DNA of 48,979 bases, taken from positions 1 to 48,979 of the IMG/VR virus record IMGVR_UViG_3300038406_000110; one strand, given 5' to 3'. Positions 36,241 through 44,571 of this stretch are shown here, piece after piece; the first letter of the stretch is position 1; every line of letters begins with the position of its first letter. Position numbers and translations under genes: made by a program. Source of the stretch: a virus. Its lineage: Duplodnaviria > Caudoviricetes. The notes beneath the pieces were generated by a model. That model searched no databases, was not told the origin of the DNA, and saw nothing but the letters and a program-made list of their open reading frames with translations.

Positions 36241-37710
36241 ATGTTCCGCAAGCATTGGCTTGTCTATGCCGTCGTGTGTTCATTTTTCTTCGCCTCCCTT
36301 GGGTTTGCCGAAGTGCGTAAAGTCACAAGGGAAGATATCGAGATTGGCAATCCTGATAACACCGTTACTAGTGCGGGCGGGCATGTAGGGCACAAGATCA
36401 GTTACTCCGCCCTGCAACCGACTGTTATTGACGTGCGCGACTTCGGAGCCACGGGCGATGACGCCACTGACGATACAGAGGCGATTCAAGATGCGATAGA
36501 CGCGGCATATGACGCCGGGGGTGGGGTTGTTTACTTCCCTCATGCAACGTATGTCTGCATAAATCTTGAGATAAAAGACGGCGTGGTGCTAGTCGGATCT
36601 CCCGGCGGCATCGGTTATCTTCCAAGCAGCATTCAAAGGTCGAAATTACTTGCCTCGGGAACCGGAATAGTCATCGACACCCCTGCTGGAGGTGCAACGG
36701 GAGCGGGAGTCATCGGCATAGACATTCAGGGACTGGGGGCGGATACGCCTGTAAAAGGCATACGGATACAGGCCGGATCGTGGAATCACATAAAGAACGT
36801 GATGATTAACAACGTCTCCGACGAGGGGATCGTTATTCTCGCAGGGAAGGCCGATGTAATCGAGGACGTGCTTGTGGTGAACGCCGTATTGGACCGCTCT
36901 CAGTCGGCGGTTATCGGTGCGGTAGACATAAGCGGAACTGACCATTACCTCCACCGTGTCGAGGCGACCGTTTCAGGAAGCCTTGAAGGCACGGTACAGT
37001 CTGCCAACCTGTACCACGTTGCAATCGCAATGAGGGGCACTAACTGTTTCGTAACGGATTGTGTAGGTGAGATCTCGGACATTGGAGTATACGTTTCCGG
37101 GCATTCCAATAGATTCACTGGAGTAAGGGCTGACAAGAATTACGGGCATGGATTCTATGTAACCGGTGGCAGCAACCAGTTTTCAAACTGCATGGGCATG
37201 AGCAATTCACAGGATACAGACAATACATACGATAACTTCCACGTAACTTCAGGCTCTGCAAACAACATATTCAGTAATTGCTATGCGAGATCACAACTAA
37301 CAAACGATACAAGATATGGATTCTACGATGAAGTTGCAAGCTCGGTTAATAAAAACCAATACTTAAACTGTAAAAGCATTGAATCTGTGACAAGGCAATA
37401 TATTAACGTTGACGATGGATCTATATTTTCGTTGCCGGATGGTCCATCCATTCAATTTACGGATGGTGATACAACGCCAAACGTAGAAGGATATATAAAT
37501 TGGGAGGCAACCTATACAAACAACACCACAATAACAAACTTCGATAATGCTTTGTACGGACAAAAGATCGTATTAAAGGCTGGAGTACCAGGCACAATAA
37601 CCATCGAACATGGTACGAACATTTGGACAAATACGGGTGCCAATAAGGATTTAGATCCGAACATGATGTATATGTTCATAAAGAGCGGTAATTTCTGGTT
37701 CGAGTTATAG
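36241..37710 (+). CDS. Tailspike/depolymerase-like beta-helix protein (Pectate_lyase_3 N-terminus)
   Basis: 'DVRDFGATGDDATDDTEAIQDAIDAA..GGGVVYFP..TY' followed by beta-helix repeats; hydrophobic signal-like N-terminus. Confidence 0.8.
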   Translation: MFRKHWLVYAVVCSFFFASLGFAEVRKVTREDIEIGNPDNTVTSAGGHVGHKISYSALQPTVIDVRDFGATGDDATDDTEAIQDAIDAAYDAGGGVVYFPHATYVCINLEIKDGVVLVGSPGGIGYLPSSIQRSKLLASGTGIVIDTPAGGATGAGVIGIDIQGLGADTPVKGIRIQAGSWNHIKNVMINNVSDEGIVILAGKADVIEDVLVVNAVLDRSQSAVIGAVDISGTDHYLHRVEATVSGSLEGTVQSANLYHVAIAMRGTNCFVTDCVGEISDIGVYVSGHSNRFTGVRADKNYGHGFYVTGGSNQFSNCMGMSNSQDTDNTYDNFHVTSGSANNIFSNCYARSQLTNDTRYGFYDEVASSVNKNQYLNCKSIESVTRQYINVDDGSIFSLPDGPSIQFTDGDTTPNVEGYINWEATYTNNTTITNFDNALYGQKIVLKAGVPGTITIEHGTNIWTNTGANKDLDPNMMYMFIKSGNFWFEL

Positions 37711-37743
37711 ATATACGCCTAGTATCCTACGATCTTTAATCCA

Positions 37744-37770
37744 GCGGCCCTTCGGGGCCGTTTGTCATTT
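37744..37770 (+). terminator. Hairpin terminator after the tailspike gene
   Basis: GCGGCCC-TTCG-GGGCCGT followed by TTGTCATTT. Confidence 0.6.
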
Positions 37771-37779
37771 GGAGGGATT

Positions 37780-37863
37780 ATGCCGTCCCGGAAGCTTGAA
37801 GACCTCGTTCCAGCGATGCAACTCCGCGCCCTTCGGTTCGCCGAAGCGATGGCGGAGGCAGGG
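37780..37863 (+). pseudogene. Orphaned original 5' end of the endolysin gene
   Basis: GGAGGG RBS, then MPSRKLEDLVPAMQLRALRFAEAMAEAG, 16/28 identical to the N-terminus of 38595..38996. Confidence 0.8.
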
Positions 37864-37865
37864 GG

Positions 37866-38531
37866 TCATCCTTTGATCATCTTACTGAATTTATTGTGGC
37901 TTCCTATTGATAAACCATAATGCCTACAAATAGCAGATACGTTCATCCCGGAGTTAAAAAGATCCCTAACCTCCAGCCTGTCGTATTTTGGCGGGCGAGA
38001 ATTATATTTATTGAAACCGCACAGGCTGTCTCTTCGGGGTATCTTGTATCTATCAAAAACCCGCTTAATACTGTTTCCGCTTTTAGATTTAAGTCCAAAA
38101 TGATCGCTAATCTCTCTAAAGGACATTCCATCTTCCCAGTACATTTTTTTAAGAATTTCTCTATCATATTTGCATCTATCTCTAAGTATATACTCAACAG
38201 TATCTTTAAGTTTTTCTTTCTTCTCCTTAGAAATAAACCCAACAAGGTTGTAGAATTTAACTACAGATTCACCCCTGTATATAAATATAAAGTACGACTG
38301 TTTCCAGTGGGGTTTACCCATCCTGCCCCTCTTATGAAATATATGGTGTATTCCAAGTCTATTAAGAAACTCACTGCATTTATTGAGCATATCAAGATCC
38401 GTGTTTACTACGGAAAGATGTTGGGATCTATGTTTCCCGTTTTTTGCAAATGGGGTAAGAATTGTTCCCTCACCATCAAAGAATCCAGAAAGCCAACCGC
38501 ATATGAATTCTTCGCCATGGTCCATTTTCAT
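37866..38531 (-). mobile_element. Free-standing LAGLIDADG homing endonuclease with C-terminal HTH domain(s)
   Basis: 'GWLSGFFDGEG' LAGLIDADG motif, 'VVNTDLDML', HTH 'GMSFREISDHFGL'; strongly AT-rich; GGAGG RBS. Confidence 0.85.
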
Positions 38532-38572
38532 CCTCCCGTATTCTTATCATTAGTATGCACTTGACATTGTTA

Positions 38573-38601
38573 ATTATACGACCATGGAGGAACAATGGCA
38601 A
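38573..38601 (-). promoter_or_regulatory. Sigma70 promoter for the homing endonuclease
   Basis: TTGCCA, 17-nt spacer, TATAAT on the - strand; the -35 overlaps the endolysin start codon. Confidence 0.7.
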
Positions 38602-38996
38602 GCAGAAAAATTGAGGACCTTACTCCTCTTATGCAGGAAAAGATCAAAGAATTTGCTGCACGCATGGCCGAGACTGGTATCCCCTGGATGATTACTTGTA
38701 CTTTTCGAAGCCCCGAAGAACAACTTGAACTATGGTCCCGTGGTCGCAACGGTGACACCCGCCCGAAGGTGACATGGACGAAGAAAAGCATGCACACGAA
38801 ACGGACGGCCTTCGATATCGCCATCCTTAGCGACGGCAGCCCGACGTGGGATCTGAAGGCAAACGTCAACGCGAATGACGTTCCCGACTACACGGAGGCC
38901 GGGCAGATCGGGGAATCTCTCGGGTTGACTTGGGGCGGTCGATGGCGGTCCCCCGACTTCGCTCACTTTGAACTGAAGGAGTCGGAGCCGGAATGA
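38595..38996 (+). CDS. Endolysin, peptidase M15 family (L-Ala-D-Glu peptidase-like)
   Basis: 'TFRSPEEQLEL...GR', 'SMH...AFDI', 'LTWGGRW..PDFAHFE'. Confidence 0.9.
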   Translation: MASRKIEDLTPLMQEKIKEFAARMAETGIPWMITCTFRSPEEQLELWSRGRNGDTRPKVTWTKKSMHTKRTAFDIAILSDGSPTWDLKANVNANDVPDYTEAGQIGESLGLTWGGRWRSPDFAHFELKESEPE

Positions 38997-39376
38997 AACG
39001 TTCATTTGCGCCCGTCCTGATCGCCATCCTGTTCTTGTGTGCGCAGGGATGCGGCGGCACGGAACAGGCGGTAGAGGTATCGAAATCACCGCAGATGCTG
39101 GCAAGCGTATCGCCAACGTGGGGGCCGTGGTCGGAAGTGCGGTCGTTCACCACCGCACCTGCCACCGTTACCGAGCCGCCCCCACCGGAGTTATGCACCT
39201 ATACCTACTCCGGATGGTCGGAGTGTCAGTCGGATGGCACTCAGACTCGAATCTTCTTATCAAGCAGCCCCTCGGGGTGCGTTGGTACTCCAGTGCTGAC
39301 GCAATCGTGTGTTTATACGCCGCCGCCTACCGTAATCCACGGTAAAGGGTGGGGCAAGGGAGGAAGACCGAAATGA
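38993..39376 (+). CDS. Putative lipoprotein carrying an Fn3-like terminal strand and a TSP1-like repeat
   Basis: Signal peptide ending AQG-C; 'WGPWSEVRSFTT'; 'CTYTYSGWSECQSDGTQTR...C'. Confidence 0.6.
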   Translation: MKRSFAPVLIAILFLCAQGCGGTEQAVEVSKSPQMLASVSPTWGPWSEVRSFTTAPATVTEPPPPELCTYTYSGWSECQSDGTQTRIFLSSSPSGCVGTPVLTQSCVYTPPPTVIHGKGWGKGGRPK

Positions 39377-39723
39377 ATCGCAAGCGAATTGTAGCACTCG
39401 GCATCCTGGTCCTGTTTATCGCCGGATGCGCGTCGTTAAGTTTCAACGCAAAGCCGTGGGCTAAGCAGACGCCAAAGGAGCGGGCGAACTTCATGTTGGG
39501 CATCTACAACGCACAGTACGATGACACCATGCGGATGGCGACGGACCCGACCTCCACGGACGCGCAGAAGTCCATCGTCGTGAAGAAGAAAGCCGTCCTG
39601 AAGAAGATCCGCCCGCTGCTGTCCGCGTATCTCCTGTACGTCGATCAGGGGATGGCCCCTTCTGCGGATGACGAGGCAATGTTACTAAACTTAATTAATC
39701 AGCTTGCAACGATAGGAGGGTGA
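39373..39723 (+). CDS. Lipoprotein in the lysis region
   Basis: MNRKR, a hydrophobic core and lipobox IAG-C. Confidence 0.7.
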   Translation: MNRKRIVALGILVLFIAGCASLSFNAKPWAKQTPKERANFMLGIYNAQYDDTMRMATDPTSTDAQKSIVVKKKAVLKKIRPLLSAYLLYVDQGMAPSADDEAMLLNLINQLATIGG

Positions 39724-40001
39724 TTGTGGAAAAAATTACCGGTACCACAACGACAAGCAATTTTACACTCCATGACCAATCTTCCTGCTGCGTTGCGAAT
39801 TGTTCGTTTTGCCGTCCGGTGGATGTTTGCCCGTGTTGCGGACAGGAAGTGCCGAAATGCCCTTCTTGCGGGCAACCGAAGCGGCTTGCGCCGTACTACC
39901 CTACAGCCCCGTACTATCCGAATCCGTACATCCCCTACCCGTGGCAACCATATAACCCTTGGACAGTAACTTACGGAACCACAACTGGAGGCACCACATG
40001 A
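39720..40001 (+). CDS. Cys-, Pro- and Tyr-rich hypothetical protein
   Basis: AGGAGG RBS; CPCCG...CPSCG and PYYP repeats. Confidence 0.5.
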   Translation: MIVEKITGTTTTSNFTLHDQSSCCVANCSFCRPVDVCPCCGQEVPKCPSCGQPKRLAPYYPTAPYYPNPYIPYPWQPYNPWTVTYGTTTGGTT

Positions 40002-40174
40002 GCGCATCGGCAGGCGTGGTACTGGCAGGCGAGTTGGCGAAACTACTGCTCGTAATGTATTTCGAGCAGGCTAGGCTGGCAGGAATGACACAGGAGCAGA
40101 TTGACACCCTGTATCTCAAGCGGCGGGACGAGTTCCGGCTCAAGGATCCGGACAAGATCCCGGACCCGGCGTAG
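39998..40174 (+). CDS. Hypothetical protein
   Basis: GGAGG RBS; ATGA overlap. Confidence 0.55.
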   Translation: MSASAGVVLAGELAKLLLVMYFEQARLAGMTQEQIDTLYLKRRDEFRLKDPDKIPDPA

Positions 40175-40184
40175 GGAGGATGTG

Positions 40185-40475
40185 ATGGCTGACAAGAACA
40201 CCGTTGGCGCGGCAATCGCCCTGATTTATACGGCTGGATTCTTCATTGTACTGGCGTCCCTGTTTTACACCGGAGTACCGGCAGCGAACGAGAAATACGT
40301 CCTGCTGATGATCGGGTACATGGTCGGTGCCGCTGGTACTGCCGTATCGTTCTACTTGGGCTCTTCTCTCGGCAGTTCTAAAAAGGACGACGCCATTGCC
40401 AACCTTGCCCCCACGAAAGCGGACACCACGACCACCACCACAGTTACCACCGACACCGCCGCCCCCAAAGTGTGA
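40185..40475 (+). CDS. Holin-like membrane protein with 2 TM segments
   Basis: Two TM segments and 'VSFYLGSSLGSSKKD', typical of phage holin-like proteins. Confidence 0.7.
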   Translation: MADKNTVGAAIALIYTAGFFIVLASLFYTGVPAANEKYVLLMIGYMVGAAGTAVSFYLGSSLGSSKKDDAIANLAPTKADTTTTTTVTTDTAAPKV

Positions 40476-40692
40476 GGGATGCCCCGTCCTCTCCTGCCCG
40501 GTGGTGGGGGAGGACGGTCGGCGTCTCTGTAAGATCATTGGGGATGGGCTTGGACACCCCAAAATTCCATAAGCGGCGGGGGGTAGGCGGCGTTCAAGTA
40601 CCGAAAATGTACTCGGGTAGGGGTGGATTCAGCACAGAGGCGGCGAAAAACGTAAGTATTTGATTTTATTGAATACACGAATAGGGGCAACC

Positions 40693-40980
40693 ATGTCAAA
40701 CGGTGATGAATGGGGCGTTATTAACACAATCCGTAAGGATGTCGCTGACTTAAACGCCTACGGGTGCGCACATAAGCAGTCACAGGACCGGGACATGGCA
40801 GAACTGAGGACTGAGCTACGGCAGGCGAAGACTGATATCTGGTCGGCCATCGACCGTGAGCGCGAGGCCCGCGAGGGCCTGTTAAAGCAAATCGTTATAA
40901 ACGTACTTGCAATCGTAGTTGGGGGCGTCATCCTTAATATTATCGCCCTGAGTTACCTGTTGCCGACCGTGCTCAAGTAA
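40693..40980 (+). CDS. Coiled-coil protein with a C-terminal TM segment (lysis-associated)
   Basis: Coiled coil, then hydrophobic 'IVINVLAIVVGGVILNIIALSYLL'. Confidence 0.6.
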   Translation: MSNGDEWGVINTIRKDVADLNAYGCAHKQSQDRDMAELRTELRQAKTDIWSAIDREREAREGLLKQIVINVLAIVVGGVILNIIALSYLLPTVLK

Positions 40981-41193
40981 TTATCTTACCCTCTTCCGTA
41001 TGGCGGCGGCTATATCTGACGCGTACCCGCCGAAGCCCTTAATCGACGTGAAGTTATCTACTAACTGGGCATCGTCCTCCCGGACGGCGCGGACGAGGGC
41101 GGTGATATGTCGGGTTACTCGGGGCCAATCCGATTGTTTAATGGTACACGGGTACATTATCAGATCCCGCAAAGCCTTCTCTTCCTTAATCAT
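40981..41193 (-). CDS. Hypothetical phage protein
   Basis: GGAGAG RBS; ends in 'IAAAIR', common in phage accessory proteins. Confidence 0.6.
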   Translation of the reverse strand: MIKEEKALRDLIMYPCTIKQSDWPRVTRHITALVRAVREDDAQLVDNFTSIKGFGGYASDIAAAIRKRVR

Positions 41194-41194
41194 C

Positions 41195-41476
41195 TTACTC
41201 TCCCTCCAGGTAGCGGATCAGGGCGTCGGCGTAATTAAACCACAACCATCTGTCCTCATCCGACATCTCTTCCCATCCGGTAGTAGACCAATTTGGGCAA
41301 GCGTCATAGACCACCTTCGCCACCTTCTCCCGGTCGAGCTTCTCGCGGAAGGAGGCGAGTTCGGAAAGAGCGGCCAGTTCAAGGCATTCTTTGTCAGAGA
41401 GCATGGAATCCGGGCCGGTACATGCCAGCAAGATGCGCCTTCGCTGTTCAACAGCCTTCCACTCCTCTTCCGTCAT
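41195..41476 (-). CDS. Hypothetical phage protein
   Basis: AGGGAAG RBS; 'EKVAKVVY...WEEMSDEDR...ADAL'. Confidence 0.65.
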   Translation of the reverse strand: MTEEEWKAVEQRRRILLACTGPDSMLSDKECLELAALSELASFREKLDREKVAKVVYDACPNWSTTGWEEMSDEDRWLWFNYADALIRYLEGE

Positions 41477-41515
41477 AATCTTCCCTCCCTTTCCCCTCGC
41501 CCTTGGCGAGGGCGG

Positions 41516-42265
41516 CTATTTCGACATAGCAACTATGACTGTGTTGACCATGGTGCCCGACTCCTTGAAAGTCCCGTCAGGATTGCGCTCAATGGTCCCA
41601 TGATCCTTTATGCGTTCGCGGAGGGCTACCGTTTTTCGGTTCTCTCGGAACACTATCCCTGCGCTCATAATCGACACTAATTTCCCGCCAGGACGGAGGC
41701 ATTCCCATGCCTTGTTTACGTGGTCGATGTCCGCTTGTCGTGCGAAGGGAGGATTCATAACAACGCGGTCGAATAGGGCTGGAGGAGTCCACTCGAGGAA
41801 ATCTGCCTGCTCGACCTTGTACCCTTTCTTGGATAGAATAGCGCAGTTCTCGGGCAACAACTCTACGCAGGAGAGGAGGGCATTCCTAGAGCAAGCGCGG
41901 ACTATTTCGTCTACGATGGCTCCGTCCCCGGCGGAAGGTTCCAAGATCGAATGGCCTGGGGAGATGTCGGCGAGTCCTACAATGCGTTGCGCCAAGGAGG
42001 GCGGCGTGGGGAAGAAACCGAAGTCCTCGGGGCGGTCGATTTCTCCAGTTAGAAGCACCATTTCTAGTTTGCCGGTTGGGTCGCTTGTGAAATTATGCCC
42101 CTTCGCCTTTCGGTTCCACTTCCCGCCCATACTTTCCAGTACAGAATTGACGGCGATGTACTGTTTCCGGTCCAATTGCCCGCAGGTGAGCAGCACCGTG
42201 TTTCCTTCCACTTGGCATTTGCTCAACACGGCCAACACGTTCTCGTCTATTGTATTCGGCCCCAT
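41516..42265 (-). CDS. Orphan DNA N6-adenine methyltransferase
   Basis: 'FFPTP', motif I 'LEPSAGDG', motif IV 'MNPPF', 'FKESGT'. Confidence 0.9.
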   Translation of the reverse strand: MGPNTIDENVLAVLSKCQVEGNTVLLTCGQLDRKQYIAVNSVLESMGGKWNRKAKGHNFTSDPTGKLEMVLLTGEIDRPEDFGFFPTPPSLAQRIVGLADISPGHSILEPSAGDGAIVDEIVRACSRNALLSCVELLPENCAILSKKGYKVEQADFLEWTPPALFDRVVMNPPFARQADIDHVNKAWECLRPGGKLVSIMSAGIVFRENRKTVALRERIKDHGTIERNPDGTFKESGTMVNTVIVAMSK

Positions 42266-42480
42266 CCTTACTCCTCTCCCATTGTCGTTCCATGGCGTTC
42301 AGTATTGTAATTCCCGTTTGTCCATGCTATTGATTTTGTTCAATTCACACATTGAATCGGAGCCTCGCTATGTCCGGACACAATAAATGGACGTATTGTA
42401 TTGACCCGTAAATAAAGGGCAATTCGTCCCGCTGAAAATCTGTCGTCGCGCTATGGCGGTCGTAAACATTATCATTAGTC

Positions 42481-42699
42481 CTACAGTGAGCCGGGCAGCA
42501 GGGGCATCTGTTCCCCACACCGGCATCTCTTGAGATTGGTTCGCGCAAATGCCGTTGTAGTGCGCTCCACGTCTAGCCCATTCTTTATGAAATCCGCGAC
42601 ATCCTTTGCCGTCTCATTCGTCCATGCCGGATCTATAACCGTAGCGGCAACAACACACCCGCATTTTTTTACTCCGATATAGCATTCTTTCTCTCTCAT
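42481..42699 (-). CDS. Hypothetical protein
   Basis: AAGGAGG RBS; CGC...CRC motifs. Confidence 0.6.
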   Translation of the reverse strand: MREKECYIGVKKCGCVVAATVIDPAWTNETAKDVADFIKNGLDVERTTTAFARTNLKRCRCGEQMPLLPGSL

Positions 42700-42729
42700 C
42701 CCCCCTCCTTCCCCTTCAGCGCGTCACGG

Positions 42730-42954
42730 CTAGCTCCGAATGTTCCATGCCGCAAGTGCCTTTTGGTAAGTGGCATCCTCATCGAATTCGTTGTTATCGT
42801 CATCTTCTGCGTCCACCACTGGGCCTGATGCTCTGCAACTTTTCCCTAGACAAAATATCGCCGCATATTCCCCATCCTCATCAAATTGTAAAAGTTCAAT
42901 GTCCATTCCCCCACAATACGGGCAAGATATTACGGTATTCTCAGCCATCATCAA
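42730..42954 (-). CDS. Lar-family restriction-alleviation-like Zn-ribbon protein
   Basis: CPYCGG...C...CRASGP...ALAAWNIR. Confidence 0.7.
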   Translation of the reverse strand: MMMAENTVISCPYCGGMDIELLQFDEDGEYAAIFCLGKSCRASGPVVDAEDDDNNEFDEDATYQKALAAWNIRS

Positions 42955-42963
42955 TCCTCCTCC

Positions 42964-44142
42964 CTACCTTCCCAAATCATAATGTGACGCTAAGATCCTC
43001 CTGGTAACTCCCACTGTTTTCGCAGCACGATCCTTGCGGTCCTCCGCTTCTCCCCGCGCAACTCTCGACGCCAAGCTGTGTTTCGAATAGGTGTAGTACG
43101 TAACGCCGTCGATATCGCAAATGTCCTTGAACCGATCGGAAACGCGGTTCTGGTTCCACGGCTTGCCGTCCTCTTTCACGAACAGGTGTCCCTTTCCGAT
43201 CACCGGCAGGGCGCGAAGTTCGGCCAGCAGCACATCGGGCAGGGGATCGGGCGTGGTGCGGGCGTCCTTCGTCTTGCGCGGCCCGTACACTCCGGTCACG
43301 GGGTCGATGGCCCCCTGGATCTTCACCTTGCCGTCCTCGAGGATGTCTTCGCGCCTTAAACCGTGCGCTTCTCCGGGTCTACATCCGAGGGCGGTATACG
43401 TTTTCTGTAGGAGCAGCATCATCTTCCGGACGGCCTTCGGATACGCCATCACCAGTCGCGCCATCAGGTGCCGCTGTTCCTTCACCGTCACTTCGTGGCG
43501 TTCGACGAACACCGCCGCGCTCCATCCCTCCGGGAAAGCAGGGAGGCGGTCGATAACGTGCTTGCGTTCGTGGTATCGCTTCAGGAGGGTGCGTAAGTTC
43601 TGCAAGCACGACTTCACGGCGTTCTCGCCCATGCCTCCCTTCCTCAAAAGTTCACGCTGCAATCGTTCGATGTCGTCTTCCGTTATTTCCCGGACATCGA
43701 GATCGGTTAGGATCGGCAGGATGTGGAGGCGGAAATTCAGTTCGACATGGGCGATGGTGGAATCCTTCTTCCCGCGCTCCTTCAAATTGATCTGCCATTC
43801 GCGGGCGCACTCGGAGAGTTTGTAGGTTTCGCGGCCTTGCAACGAATACTTGGTAGGGTCGAACCGCTCCCGAAGATCCTTCCACGCGACCCTGATCGCC
43901 TGTAGATCCTGCATCGCCGGGTGGAAGGCGTAGTACAGGTCGCCGTCCTTGCTTCGAAACAGCCTCCCGACTGATCCGCGCCGATTCTTGAACGACCTTC
44001 CGTCGATGGCAAACCGTATCGGCGCACGGAAGCATCGTTCGCAGATGATGTTGATGCAATCGCCTGTAACGCCGTCCTTGATGTCCCGCCATGCTCCGCC
44101 GCAAGGACACGGCGGGCCGTAGGCAAACACCCGTCCACGCAT
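42964..44142 (-). CDS. Tyrosine recombinase/integrase family protein with an N-terminal Zn-finger
   Basis: Core-binding domain 'HILPIL..LDVREIT..DI', catalytic R in 'GCRPGEAHGLRREDI', K in 'KTK', 'KHS' and terminal 'SHY'; ATG 44142 has a GGAGG RBS. Confidence 0.8.
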   Translation of the reverse strand: MRGRVFAYGPPCPCGGAWRDIKDGVTGDCINIICERCFRAPIRFAIDGRSFKNRRGSVGRLFRSKDGDLYYAFHPAMQDLQAIRVAWKDLRERFDPTKYSLQGRETYKLSECAREWQINLKERGKKDSTIAHVELNFRLHILPILTDLDVREITEDDIERLQRELLRKGGMGENAVKSCLQNLRTLLKRYHERKHVIDRLPAFPEGWSAAVFVERHEVTVKEQRHLMARLVMAYPKAVRKMMLLLQKTYTALGCRPGEAHGLRREDILEDGKVKIQGAIDPVTGVYGPRKTKDARTTPDPLPDVLLAELRALPVIGKGHLFVKEDGKPWNQNRVSDRFKDICDIDGVTYYTYSKHSLASRVARGEAEDRKDRAAKTVGVTRRILASHYDLGR

Positions 44143-44202
44143 TTGGTACCCCCCTCCGAGGTTTTGCGGAGAAGGATACATTATCTCGGAGGGGGAAGTC
44201 AT

Positions 44203-44571
44203 CTAGAACGGGATATCGTCGTCCGGAGGCGCAGCTTCCGCGGGCGTTGCCGTGGAAGGCTTCACCTTCCCGAACACGCATTGATTAGCGATGATCTTCA
44301 CTCGCTGATATTTCGTCCCGTCTTTCTCCCATCGGTCCTGCTGTAATCTGCCGATCACGGTGACGTTGGCCCCCTTCACCGCGAAGTCTGTGATGTACTC
44401 CGCGTGCTTGCCGAACGCCACCACGTCGAAGAAGGACACTTCCTCCTTCTCCTTGATCTTCGTGTTATGGGCGATGGACAGTTTCAGGACGGCAACGCCG
44501 CCCTCGGAGAACTTGAACTCTCCGTCTTTCGTGAGATTCCCGTCGATTGCCACCTGGTTTGTGAAACTCAT
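44203..44571 (-). CDS. ssb: Single-stranded DNA-binding protein
   Basis: 'NQVAIDGNLTKD', 'FFDVVAFG', 'GRLQQDRWE', C-terminal DDDIPF. Confidence 0.95.
   Translation of the reverse strand: MSFTNQVAIDGNLTKDGEFKFSEGGVAVLKLSIAHNTKIKEKEEVSFFDVVAFGKHAEYITDFAVKGANVTVIGRLQQDRWEKDGTKYQRVKIIANQCVFGKVKPSTATPAEAAPPDDDIPF

Noticed and set aside
37864-38594. Group I intron or intein interrupting the endolysin
   Set aside because: The ORF is antisense and fills nearly the whole insert, leaving no room for a ribozyme core. The downstream gene has its own RBS and a complete N-terminus.
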